From positions 25,792,001 through 25,856,000 of the forward strand of contig OZ024757.1 of assembly GCA_964016885.1 (NCBI GenBank): a DNA stretch of 64,000 nucleotides, given 5' to 3'. Below are positions 52,138 through 64,000 of the stretch, one piece after another. This DNA is from Eledone cirrhosa. Lineage: Eukaryota. The notes below the pieces were generated by a model. That model did not search any database and was not told where the DNA came from. It saw only the letters and a program-made list of their open reading frames with translations. Positions within the stretch are counted from its first letter, which is position 1. Every line of letters starts with the position of its first letter. The translations under genes and the position numbers were made by a program.

Positions 52138-52762
52138 CACTCTGTCATTCTCTCTCTCTCTCACACACACCCCTCCTTTCTATCTCTCTCTCTCACCCCC
52201 CTCTCTCGCACACACACACACCCCTCCCCTCTCTCGTGTCATGTTGGACCCCCCCCCTCCCCAGTTCCAACAATAAACACTAACTTCAATCAACTGAACA
52301 TACAACTCATCAATTAACATGTAAGTGGTTGAGTATTCCACAGACACAGACACGTGTACCCTTGCATGACAATATCTGACAAAGCTGAACCTTTGATTTA
52401 CAGATCCGATCCATCAAATGGGCTTCCACGCTGTTTCCTTCTACGCAATTTCACTTCCAAGCCTTGTGATGCAAATACAGCTGAGTGGTACCTTTGAATA
52501 AGTACTGACTCATCTGTAACAAACTACCCAACCCACAACAGCATTTGATAGGGGGTGTAAAATGATGATGATAGATACACATACACTCATATATACAGGG
52601 TGTCCCCCAAAAATGTATACACACTTCAACATCATTCTAATAAATATGTGTATATGGTTTTTTGGGGCGGGGACACCCTATACACAGGGTGTCCCCCCAA
52701 AATGTATACACACTTCACCATATCTATGTATATATATATATTGTTATACTTGGGGAGGGTTA

Positions 52763-53700
52763 TCTATATATATAAAACTGAGGATGTCTGTCTGTGTGTG
52801 TGTGAGTTTGAATCCCTAAAACTCGAGAACCACCCAACCGACTGTTTTCAAACTTTACACATGTAATACTTATGTTTCAGGGAGTGTTCATTTTACACCC
52901 CCTAACAATGCCCTAGGGACCGCATTAGGCGATTTAGCGATCTCTCTCTATAATTCTTAGTCTTTCTCTTTTTAGATAGATACATACACATAACGTCGCG
53001 CCTTTATAATATCGGTCTGTATGTCTGGCTGTCTGCATTATGTTACTTCCCACAATTCCCTCTCCATCCAGAACGCGCCCTTATAATATCTGTCTGCTGC
53101 TTCGGGTTATTCTGCCACCCTTGCTCAAGACAAATCTCACACTCATTCCCCAAACAGTTGGTAAGTGCATACAGCTTCTTCCTCAAGTTTTAAGCCACAG
53201 TGTTGCTTACTTACATACCACCAGACCCTTACTTCTTTGTCAGCCGTGGTTGTGGCAATATTAAGCTTAGCTAAGGCGGTTATATATTTCACACAACACT
53301 AAAAATGAAAGTCGGTAACTATATTAGTCAGTCTCTTCTTCATACCGTGAGCAAAGAAAATCCAACTTTTAGTGAAGCCCGCATTAGGTGAAAAACTTCA
53401 TTTTTTCAGCTTTTTAGGGCTCTTTTTAGGCGTTACGTCTAGCCGATTTTCCCAAAATTTCAATGCATATTATGCACATTAAAAAAATTCATTTTCTTGA
53501 TCCCCTAGGGCCCGCATTAGGTGAAAACCTGCATTTTTCCAGCTTCATCGAGGAAAATCTTAAAGATTATCCAGCCACCAGAGTATTCGGTTTATTTTCT
53601 TTACATATTGTCGAGGCATGCAGTTTTTCCACGATTAGGTCTGTTGGCGGCCCGCATTCCAAAATACCTTATCCCGTGCAATGCCGGGTACCACTGTTAG
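52763..53700 (+). mobile_element. Non-autonomous Helitron
   Basis: 5' A^TCtatatatataaaactg; 3' hairpin cccgtgcaatgccggg, then ttag^T (variant of CTAG); no TSD. Confidence 0.75.
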
Positions 53701-54274
53701 TATTGTTATAATATTGTCAGATATAATAGCAGAACACAGTCACTGTTTGGTTTATCAAAAACCTTGCAAAACAAATATATGTAAATATCATCATCATCAT
53801 CATCACCGTTTTAGTCCGTTCTTCCACGCTAGGATGGGTTAGACGGGTTGTCCTGTTGTGGGCAGTGTATGGTTGGCTGACCTTGTCTTGCTCATATGGG
53901 AACTGATTCTGGCTTCGTTTCTACTGCCGGATGCCCTTCCTAACACCAACCTCATTTACAGTGTGGACTGGGAGCCTTTTCACCATGTCTCCTACACAGC
54001 CACCTTACAGTGTGGACTGTTGTGTCATCGACACAGTGGACGGAACGGGAGAGAGGGGGTAGGGTAGGATGTGGCAGTGGGGTATACATTGAGTTAAGAG
54101 GTGCCTACTGACTGTAGGTTTGTATTCAATGGTAGTCGGGTCTTCTGTACAACTGCATGGCGCCAAAGGTCTCGATCCAGTGTCATTGTCTTAGAGATGT
54201 TGATATATATATCAACATCATCATTATTATCGTTTTTATATCTGCTTTTCCATGCTTGCATGGGTTAGACGGGT

Positions 54275-54408
54275 CTTTCTCAGCACAGCATCTCTCCATT
54301 TGTCACATTCCTTCGTATCTCCTCCTCCAGTCTTAGTGATTTGAGGTCAGCTCTCCCAACCTCTGCCCAGATCTTTCTTGGTCGTCCTCTATTGTGGCTT
54401 CCTTCCAC
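54275..54408 (-). mobile_element. RTE-like 3' remnant
   Basis: VEGSHNRGRPRKIWAEVGRADL. Confidence 0.65.
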
Positions 54409-54429
54409 TATATATATATACATATATAT

Positions 54430-54469
<40 letters not shown>

Positions 54470-54547
54470 ATTATTATTGTCAAGAAGAAGTACTCAATAC
54501 CATCGTAGAGTTTATTATTGCATTAAGGCTGATCCAGTAGCCTGTTA

Positions 54548-54590
54548 GTTACTTTGAAGTTTCCTCCTATGTGCTACAAGTTCCTCAGAC
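54548..54590 (-). ncRNA. Hammerhead-like motif
   Basis: gt-CTGAGGA-acttgtagcacataggag-GAAA-ctt(ca)aag-TA-ac; stem I is only 2 bp. Confidence 0.5.
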
Positions 54591-54647
54591 ATTTGAAAGG
54601 TGGATCTGGTGTTTAACTGGATCAGTTTTAACAAGCCGTTAATCTCT

Positions 54648-54683
<36 letters not shown>

Positions 54684-54726
54684 GTATATACATATATATA
54701 TTTATATATCTGTCTCGATCTATCTA

Positions 54727-54775
<49 letters not shown>

Positions 54776-55439
54776 CACACACACACAGTACTCAGCATCT
54801 TGATTATTTCTGACAGTTATTAGAGTATTTATATAGTGTGTAGGGGGGAGGGGGGTATGAATGTATGTTGGCAACATCTGGGTGTATATAAGATATGCAC
54901 TATCAGTGTATGTATACATATATATACATATACACACATATATATATATATGTATGTATATATATATATATATATATGCACATGTATATGTGTGTATGTG
55001 TGTGTATGTATATGTGTGTGTGTGTGTGTATACATCTTTGTGTAGATATTCACTGGTGGCTGGTGGGTAATGTGATAGCGTTGATGCAAGTACTGTGACT
55101 GGCTTTAAAACTATTTGGGATGGGTGGGTGTGGTTTTTCTTGGTGATGCTGGTTGGAGGGGGGGGGGGGTATCACACACACACACAGACTCACACAGACA
55201 CAGAAAATCACTCACACAAACACACACACTCTGACAATGACACACAGACACACACATGCAGACAATGACACACACTCACACACACAGACTCAGACAATCA
55301 CATGCATTTGCACACACACACACACGCACACATGCTCTTGTGTCACCCTCATCATCATCTGTATTGCCATGCTTGCTAGGGTTGTATGTCCCCCCCCCCC
55401 CTCTAAGCACAGCCTCACCATTTCTTGTAGTCCCTTGTG

Positions 55440-55680
55440 AGGTTTACCCACACCCTCCTTTGATTCCCCCTCCTTTCTTGGTTACCCCCACCTTCCTTGG
55501 TTACCCCCACCTTCCTCGGTTACCCCCACCTTCCATGGTTACCCACACCCTCCTTTGATTCCCCCTCCTTTCTTGGTTACCCCCACCTTCCATGGTTACC
55601 CCCACATCGTCCTTGTTAGCCCCACTCTCCTTTGTTACTCCCACCCTCCTTTGTTACCTTCACCTTCCTAGGTTACCAAT
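55440..55680. repeat. ~19-bp minisatellite (ggttacccccaccttcctt)
   Basis: Direct. Confidence 0.75.
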
Positions 55681-55792
55681 GTCTTATTGGTTCTTCATGT
55701 CTTCCTTGGTCTTCCTCTTCTGTAGATTCCTTCCAATTGAATCTCCTCAGGTTTCTTCACCCAACTGCCATCCTCCTCACATATATCTACCA

Positions 55793-55978
55793 CAAGGTTT
55801 CCCAAACTTTTCCAAAACCAAAACCCTTTTTGGTTTCAGAAACCTTTGGGGAAGCCCCAAAGTCTAATACTATTATATGGTCATAATATAAATATACTCC
55901 TCTATCTTTTTTCACTGAACCCCTGACACTCCTTTACGGAACCCTTGGGTTCTGTGGAATCCACTTTGGGAACCACTG
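55793..55978. mobile_element. hAT-type MITE
   Basis: caaggtttcccaaa/tttgggaaccactg; flanks atctacca/ctctacca. Confidence 0.75.
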
Positions 55979-56064
55979 CTCTACCAGCCTCTCCCTTTCT
56001 TCACTTCTTTGCTACTTCTGGTTCCCCCTATATCTTGTATATGTTTCTGCTTTGTCAGTTCATA

Positions 56065-56410
56065 AATAATGGTTTCTTATTTAGGCACAGGGCCAGCCCA
56101 GTGCATGACTGGTGCTTTATTTTATCAACCCCCGTAAGGATGAAAGGCAAAGTTAACCTCGGCAAGACTTGAACTCAGATCATAAAGGACCATAAGTCTA
56201 TGCTGCAAAGCATGGCGTCCGACCCTCTACTGATACTGCCAATCCACCGCCCTCGTCATTCATAAATAATTGTTTCTACTTTTGGCACAAGGCCAGCAAT
56301 TACCCAGTGCATTACTGGTACTTTATTTTATCGACCCCGTAAGGATGAAAGGCAAAGTCAACCTCGGCGGGATTTGAACTCAGATCGTAAAGGGACGTAA
56401 CTATGCTGGA
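56065..56410 (-). mobile_element. Two tandem dominant-family SINEs
   Basis: Reverse complement of the 2048 consensus. Confidence 0.85.
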
Positions 56411-56981
56411 AATAATACACTCATATCTTGGTTGTTTTGGAAAACAAACTTCTTAACCCTATGGTTGCTGTATTTCTGAATTCTGCCTATATCCATCCTA
56501 CAGGGAAACACCTTTGCTATTCCGTCCGCTGGGGCCATCAGGCAGCCAGCTTGTCGGCCCCCATATCAATCACCCTCCAGATAACCACTTGTCCACACCT
56601 GTTTCAGAGTTGGTTTATTTAGCCATAGGTTGACTGACCTCTGCCTATCTGGAGATCTTGAGATTGTTTTACTTTCACCCACTTCCTCTTTAGAGTATTT
56701 TAGTATTTTTTGTGGTTGTTTTTTTTATACTTCATGTTTGTTTGTTTGTTTTTACACTGACTCTGATTACATATCTGACCTCCCCTCATCCCCACCCCAC
56801 CTATTCCACACAAATTTGGGTGGGGGTAAGGTGAGTAGAGGTGAGGTGGGTGGGTGTCGTAAAATGAGGTAAGCAGGCCAACTTTCTCTCTTGGGTTCTC
56901 TCTAGCTCTAGTCAAATGGTGATTATGCACACACACACACACATACTCCTAAACACACACACACACACTCCTACACACACA

Positions 56982-57090
<109 letters not shown>

Positions 57091-57656
57091 TGAAAATAGT
57101 CCAAGAAACGGGACTGTCCATCATCAGTGGTCTGCTGATTATCATTGGTATTTCTTCGCATTAAAGACCAGATACCTCAAAATCAGTGCGAGCGATAACT
57201 AAAATAAGTTATCGGGACAGAGCGAATTGGAAGGGGAAAGTAAACAAACAACATGGTAGTAATGCAACGTAAAGAGAGGAAAAGAGAGACAAGTCAATGA
57301 ATCTTGTGGACTTAAGTCCGAACAAATCAATCGATGAGAAGAGGCAGACATGTCTGAACCACGCGAAAAGTGAGAGAGAAAAGGATTTCACACAGGTCAG
57401 ACGGGAGGAAGTGAGAGAGGAGGAGTAGCAGAGAGTGAATGAGTGAAAGTGTGAGGAAGAGGCCAGCCGAGAGAGTGTGTGACCAGCAGAGGAGGTGAAA
57501 GAAAGCAAGAGGTACAAGGAGAGAGAAGGGCGAGGGGGAGGAAAAGGATAGCAGTAAGGTGATAGAAAAAATACGAACCACAGCGAGGGGAAAAAAAATA
57601 TATATATATATATACACTATATTAATAAATGGAAACTATATTTATGAAACCATAAT

Positions 57657-57722
57657 TATTTTATTATATATATTTCAAGGGCAACCAAGGCAAATTTTGG
57701 TGCGCTTTCATCAGATAAAATA
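57657..57722 (-). ncRNA. Intact type I hammerhead (PLE family A)
   Basis: tattttat-CTGATGA-aagcgcaccaa(aatttgcc)ttggttgccctt-GAAA-tatata-TA-ataaaata. Confidence 0.85.
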
Positions 57723-58036
57723 CAAAATTTGTTTTACAAATGTTGACATACCCGCAAAAAAACAACCTTTTTAAGCTTGTTGACTCCCAACAAATTAAAT
57801 ATAACTTTTGCATACATATATATATATATATACATATATACACACTTTGATTACCTGTACAGTATAGGCAACATTATTAGAATGCTGTTGAAGTGTGTAT
57901 ACATTTTTGGGGGACCACCCTGTGTGTGTATATATATACACACATATATATACATATATATACATATGTATATACATACATCTATATATATAGAGAGAGA
58001 TAGATAGATATATATACACATATGTATATGTGTGCC

Positions 58037-58086
<50 letters not shown>

Positions 58087-58703
58087 GTATATATATATAT
58101 GTATATATTATATATATATATATATGTATATATTATATATATATATATATATGTATATATTATATATATATATATTTATATACATAAATATATATATATA
58201 TATATATATACTCAAGTGTCTAGGAAAACAAGATCTTTGTTGTAAGCCTTTTTTTTTTTTTAATTATAGTTCACCTTTGTTCTGTTTTCGTTACAGAGGC
58301 CTCTAATTTCACATTAATTAGCAGCCTGTAACTCTCCTACACCTCCACCTATCACTCACCACATACCAACACCACCAACAACAATAACATAACACACTGG
58401 GATGGCTGTTGTAATTAGTCTAGACTAGACAGACCCAGTTCTCTCTCTCTGAAAGTCGCAATTTCTTTACCCTTTCATGACCGCATTTCTAATGAAATAC
58501 CCTGTATTTTAATTAATCAATGATGAATTTTGAGGGATTTACTAAAATTATTAATTCTTTTCATTACAAAGATAGTAACTTATTGTAAGATTCTTACAAA
58601 AATTATGTTAGAAGATTTTTATTTAAATTGAAAAACCTTTAAAATGAGTGGTTTTATTTCATCGAACCAGGGCCGGTTTTGGTCGGTTTGGAACATAACT
58701 TAA

Positions 58704-58895
58704 CCCTTTAGCATTTACATTACTCTATATTTGCTATTATATTTTCATGGTAAAGGCTTTATCTAACATAATATCGAATCTATGAGATTTTGATATTATT
58801 CATTTTGAGAACAAAACATCAATATCATTGGCCAGTTTGAACAGAAAGAGGTGAGAGAATTCTGGCCGGATATGACCAGTTTAAATGCTAAAGGG
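58704..58895. mobile_element. piggyBac-type MITE, complete
   Basis: TTAA-ccctttagcattta...taaatgctaaaggg-TTAA. Confidence 0.9.
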
Positions 58896-60158
58896 TTAAT
58901 CTGAATACAGTTTTGTTTTCAAATTCCAGGAAGACACACAAGCAATGTGGTTAACTCGTTCTCATTCATTGTTGTATTTCTAATGAAACACACTACCTCA
59001 GATTTTTCAGATAATTTTGAAAGTATTTAAGAATTTGAAGGGATTTACTAATATAACTAACATTTTCATTATCAAATTGGTGTTTGGAACATACTTAACC
59101 CAATTTATATCTTCCTACCCCCAATTTTTTTTATCTCCTTTAGAGCCCAAATAAGGGCCTCATAACTTAACTAGCACAGAGCCTCATTTAACCTAAGTCG
59201 GGCACTGTCTCCATGTTTTCTTTCAATGGCTGATAATACCTTACTTGTGCCACTTGAGTACGGTAATTATTTAACCCATAAATGGGTACCCTAACAGGCA
59301 CTGCTGCTCCGGGCCAGAACAGAAGACCTTCAAGTGACAACAACTAAGAGGTAATTCCATATTCCCCACAGCTCCTGAACTCCCGAACTTGAGCCTTGCC
59401 ACTGGATGCAGTTTAATGTCAAACCTACCACCAGTCGATCAACTTTCGTCAAATCAGACCAAGGAAACAATGTTTCCATTGGTCTTTCCAATTGCTAATA
59501 CTATCTATCGGTCTCAAATCCAGGTAGAAGAAGCAATGTGAAATAAAGTGTCTTGCCCAAGGACATAACACATCACCCGGTCAGGGAATTGAACTCACAA
59601 CCTCACAATTGCGAATCCAATTCTCTAACCACTCAACCACATGCCTTCACCCACCACATTACACCTGGTTAATAATGCCAAAATTGTTTACTAATGGTTA
59701 GTCAACAGTATGGTTAGTTTATTAACAGATAAATATGATTAGCTAACTACTATACCCACCCATCCTGTAAATATTGGTTTATGTGGTGTACATGTGTGTG
59801 ACCTTGTTACTAGCTGGTCCTGGTCAACTGCATTACTATATCAACAGATACAAATAGTTAGCTAACTGCTACAAACATATTGTAAATTTGTAAATACCAG
59901 TGTATATATATATATACACATACATATATATATATATACACACACATGTATATCTGTGTGTATGTGTGTATACATGTATATTGATATATATGTGTGTATA
60001 TATATATATATATATTTTTATATCATATATATATATATATATATATATTACACACACACATACATATATATCTATATACATATACATACACACATGTATA
60101 TATATGTGTATGTGTATATATGTATATATATATGTGTGTGTATATATATATATATATA

Positions 60159-60210
<52 letters not shown>

Positions 60211-60659
60211 AATACACACACACACACTCAGATTGGGAGTTACCAGTTTAGACTAGTAAGACAATTGTTCAATTTAGCACTCAATACATAATAAAGCATT
60301 ATATTGAATTACAATATATGTATGTACCTATGTTTGTGTGGGAGTGTGTGTGTAGGTATGTAGCTGGGAGGGGTGACCTTGTTTACCAAAGACTGGTCAA
60401 CAACACTTAGTTTATCAACAACTAAAAATAGTTAGCTATTACAACCGCCCACTCCACCTGTAAACTGTATTGGTGTATGTATATCAAACATCACGGGCGC
60501 TCTATCTCAAAATTATTTTTGAAAAGCATTAGAAATGCGCAACCGGTAAAACTTAAAACCAAAACTGAATACTAACCAATACTATTACTAATTTTTACTT
60601 ATTCCTAATTAAACTATTTTTCACTGGGAACAATTTGTCAGCATTTTCTTTTCCGTTTA

Positions 60660-60712
<53 letters not shown>

Positions 60713-60715
<3 letters not shown>

Positions 60716-60853
60716 ATATAGAAATGGCTTCTACAGGACTAGAACTGTTTCATTCGGGAGAAATCATCAGGCTTCCTGATGATTTCTCCCAAATGAAACA
60801 GTTCTAGTTGAGTACCTTACTTACTGTGGTTACCCACAATTGAATCTGGGATA
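60713..60853. mobile_element. PLE pLTR family C hairpin with back-to-back HHR cores
   Basis: Arms 60739-60771 and 60775-60807. Minus core CTGATGA-tttctcccgaat-GAAA-cag(ttctagtc)ctg-TA-gaagcc. Confidence 0.7.
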
Positions 60854-60899
<46 letters not shown>

Positions 60900-61222
60900 A
60901 AGGCTTTACCTCACATAATATCTCACATAACATTCACATTACTCTATATATACTATTATATTTTCATAGTAAAGGCTTTACCTCACATAATATCGAATCT
61001 ATGAGATTTTGACATTATTTATTTTGAGAACAATACCATAACATCAGTTTGAGCGACCAGTTACAGCCAGTTACAACAGAAAAAGGTAGAGAATTCTGGC
61101 CGTTTTTGGCCGGTATGAACATTAAAGGGTTAAAACGGATGTAAGATATGGATTTCAAAACAAGATCTAGAATAATTGAAAGTGACGCTGAAATAAAATA
61201 AATGTAAAAGGGAAAATAATAA

Positions 61223-61264
<42 letters not shown>

Positions 61265-61427
61265 TCATATATAAGCACATACCCACGCATATACTTACAC
61301 TCATGCACTTGCACACATACGTACATGTATACATACATATATATACAAACGCACACATACATATACATATGTACATACATATATGTACACACGCACACAC
61401 ACATGTATATGAATACATACACACACA

Positions 61428-61470
<43 letters not shown>

Positions 61471-61704
61471 GGAAATCAGTAAGATCGAATCTCTGGCGGT
61501 TTGCAAGTAAATTCGGCCTACTTATATGAAGTGATGAGTTAGCAAAGCACTCGATAAGATAGGACCTCAGAGTTATAACATACGTTTAAATAGCTTGACA
61601 AATCGGACACTGTGGTAGGCTAAACTAACACACAATTCATACCAAAGTAACGAAAAAACTAATCAGGTTGAGAAAAATCTATATATATACACACATATTT
61701 ATAT

Positions 61705-61891
61705 GAAAAGTTTCAGGACCCCGACAGCTGAGCTCTGGCCGTTTCGTCAGCTAGACCCGAACTGTTCGGATCTAGCTGTCAAAACGGTCAGAGCTCAGCC
61801 GTCGGGGTCCTGAATCTTTTCCTATTACCCACTCTACTACCTTAAGTATCGAGTACTCTGGTGGGTCATGGTCCACCTGGTATCTTACACC
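61705..61891 (+). mobile_element. PLE pLTR-like family D with palindrome 61705-61821
   Basis: gaaaag..tcaggaccccgac...gtcggggtcctga..cttttc, then the shared tail. Confidence 0.65.
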
Positions 61892-62283
61892 CTATCTGAT
61901 ATATATATGTGTGTGTGTGTGACCTTGCTACTGAGTGGTCAACACTGTTAGTTTATCAACAAATACAAACAGCTAACCATTAGGAATTCCTACCCCAGTA
62001 AATACTGTATCAGTTTAAATATTTGACCATTGAAACAAGGCCATCCTACACTTTTATCAACAGATAAAAAAATAGTTAACTGTTACAACATGCTAGTTTA
62101 TGTGTGTGACCTTGTTTACTGCTGGCCAGCAGTTTATCAACAGATAAATGCAGTTAGCTAACTAGTACACCCACTCATTCAAACAGAGGGTAGGGGAACT
62201 AGAAACAGAAATTGAGGAAAAAAAGTACCTATACTGGACTGGTACTTTAGCTATGTATTTATGTATGTATGCATGCATGTGAG

Positions 62284-62678
62284 TGAGCTGGGTGCTTTTT
62301 GTTATGACACCTACAAGACAACTTTACAGTGTGGGCTGGGCCCTTTTTGTCGAGGCACCTACACAACAACTTTCAAGTGTGGGCTGTGCCATTTTTTGTT
62401 GTGGCACCTACATGACCACTTTCCAGTGTAGGCTGGGCCCTTTTTGTTGTGACACCTACAAGACCACCTTACAGTGTGGGCTGGGCCCTTTTTGTTGTGA
62501 CACCTACAAGACCACCTTACAGTGTGGGCTGGGCCCTTTATGTCGTGGCACCTACAAGACCACCTTAGAGTGTGGGTTGGGCCCTTTTTGTTGTGACACC
62601 TATAAGACCACCTTACAGTGTTGGCTGGGTGCTTTTTGTCGTGACACCTAAATGACCACTTTACAGTGTGGGCTGGGG
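62284..62678. repeat. Diverged ~49-bp tandem array related to 29005-30188, ~8 copies
   Basis: ccaccttacagtgtgggctgggccctttttgttgtgacacctacaaga. Confidence 0.85.
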
Positions 62679-63360
62679 GTTTTGGTAGGAATAGTGTGTG
62701 GGGATTAGGAAGGTGGGTATATGGGTGTATGTGAGGGGAAGAGTGTTAGGACGTGGGAGGTGAGTGAAAGAGGGGGGGGGGGGGGGGGGTGAAGGTAGTA
62801 CATACCAGATGTATGTTGGTTTAAATGTGACCGACCTTGTTACTACTGACTAGTTGACATCAATGTTAGTTTATCAAGAGATAAATATGGTTAGCTAACT
62901 ATTACAACCTTCCACGCCCTCCTGTAAAAATGTCAGTGACCTTGTTACTGACTGGTCAAAAACTAGTACAGCCTTCCACCCACCCACTGTAAAATGTGAG
63001 TGACCTTATTAGTGACTGGTCAATAACTATGTTAGTTTCTCAATAGATAATAGTTAGCTAACTATTACAACCTTCCACCCTCTCCTGTAAAAATGTGAGT
63101 GACCTTGTTACTGACTGGTCAATAACTATGTTAGTTTCTCAATAGATAAATATGGTTAGCTAACTAATACATCCATCCGCAATGTAATGTGGCTATATTG
63201 TGTGCGTGTGTGTGTGAGACCACCTAACAAAGTCATATCATCATCATCATCATCATCTTTTGTTGATTTTTTTCATGCTGGCAATGGCTTGTAGGGGTCT
63301 TTTCGAGACAATGTTTTACAAGCAAATTCCTTTCCTGACACTAACCCTTCTCATCACTAC

Positions 63361-63700
63361 CATGTCGTGTCGACAAGAGTGTCAGTTACAAAGCTTCACT
63401 AGATGTGGTTCCACCACACTGAACACATTGCTGTCCTTTCTCATTAAACTCTGCCAAGTTCAATGCTGTGCAGGGATGTTCAAGCAGGGAGCATATCAGG
63501 AGGTGCTGCGTAGTCTGTGGTTCGATGCAGCAGTCACACACAACGTCCCCATCCTTTAAAATATCTCCATTTTGCAAGAGTGACTTTTACACATCCAGCA
63601 CCAGATATTAAGTCTGTTTAGGCATTTCCACACTGCATAGTTTTTATCTGCTCCAGGGGACAGTACCTCGCTCATTTTTAGCAGGAATACACTGTACTTA
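63361..63700 (-). mobile_element. Vingi/Ingi-like LINE 3' remnant with CCHC knuckle
   Basis: EVLSPGADKNYAVWKCLNRL...CDCCIEPQTTQHLLIC...CTALNLAEFN; ends in gacacgac. Confidence 0.7.
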
Positions 63701-64000
63701 TTCTAAACCAGATACACATGACCATTTATTTATCAGTATTTATCAGTAAAGATGGTTAACTAACTACCACAAACACCCACCCTGTAAATGTGGGTTTATG
63801 TTAGTTAGTTAGTTAACTACTACAAACACCTACACTGTAAATGTAGGTTTATGTATGTGTGTTAATAACCATCTAAACAAGGTCACATACATTTATTTAT
63901 CAATAAAGCTAGTTAGGTAACTACTTAAATACCCACCCACCACCCACTCTGTAAATGTAGGTGGATGTTAGTTCGTGTGACCACTGAAATAAGATCACAT

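Noticed and set aside
57115-57132. CTGATGA box on the minus strand (also at 40459-40465)
   Set aside because: No downstream GAAA...UH.

Overview
This is eukaryotic, repeat-saturated non-coding DNA. The long (TA)n/(CT)n/(CA)n tracts and the SINE families suggest a cephalopod (Octopus-like) genome, but that is recognition from memory and unverified. No host protein-coding gene, rRNA, true tRNA or CRISPR array can be supported; nearly all listed ORFs are translations of microsatellites or tandem arrays. Contents: (1) about 14 type I hammerhead ribozyme (HHR) cores plus several mutated or half cores, from several sequence-unrelated families typical of Penelope-like element (PLE) pseudo-LTRs. They cluster at 10.8-19.6 kb, and several sit as mirror pairs in long palindromes. 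(2) Young homogeneous tandem arrays, four of them built from retroelement sequence: 95-bp x14 and 56-bp x8 from a CRE-like endonuclease tail, 65-bp x~45 from a CR1-like C-terminus, and 49-bp x24 from a dispersed repeat. An 80-bp x~7 array of unknown origin starts at that same dispersed repeat. (3) A Ginger-like TGT...ACA foldback element with 273-bp TIRs, a non-autonomous Helitron, and hAT, piggyBac and mariner MITEs. (4) Many tRNA-derived SINE copies and RTE, CRE, CR1, Vingi-like and PLE GIY-YIG remnants. Ribozyme and family calls come from reading motifs by eye, with no database search.
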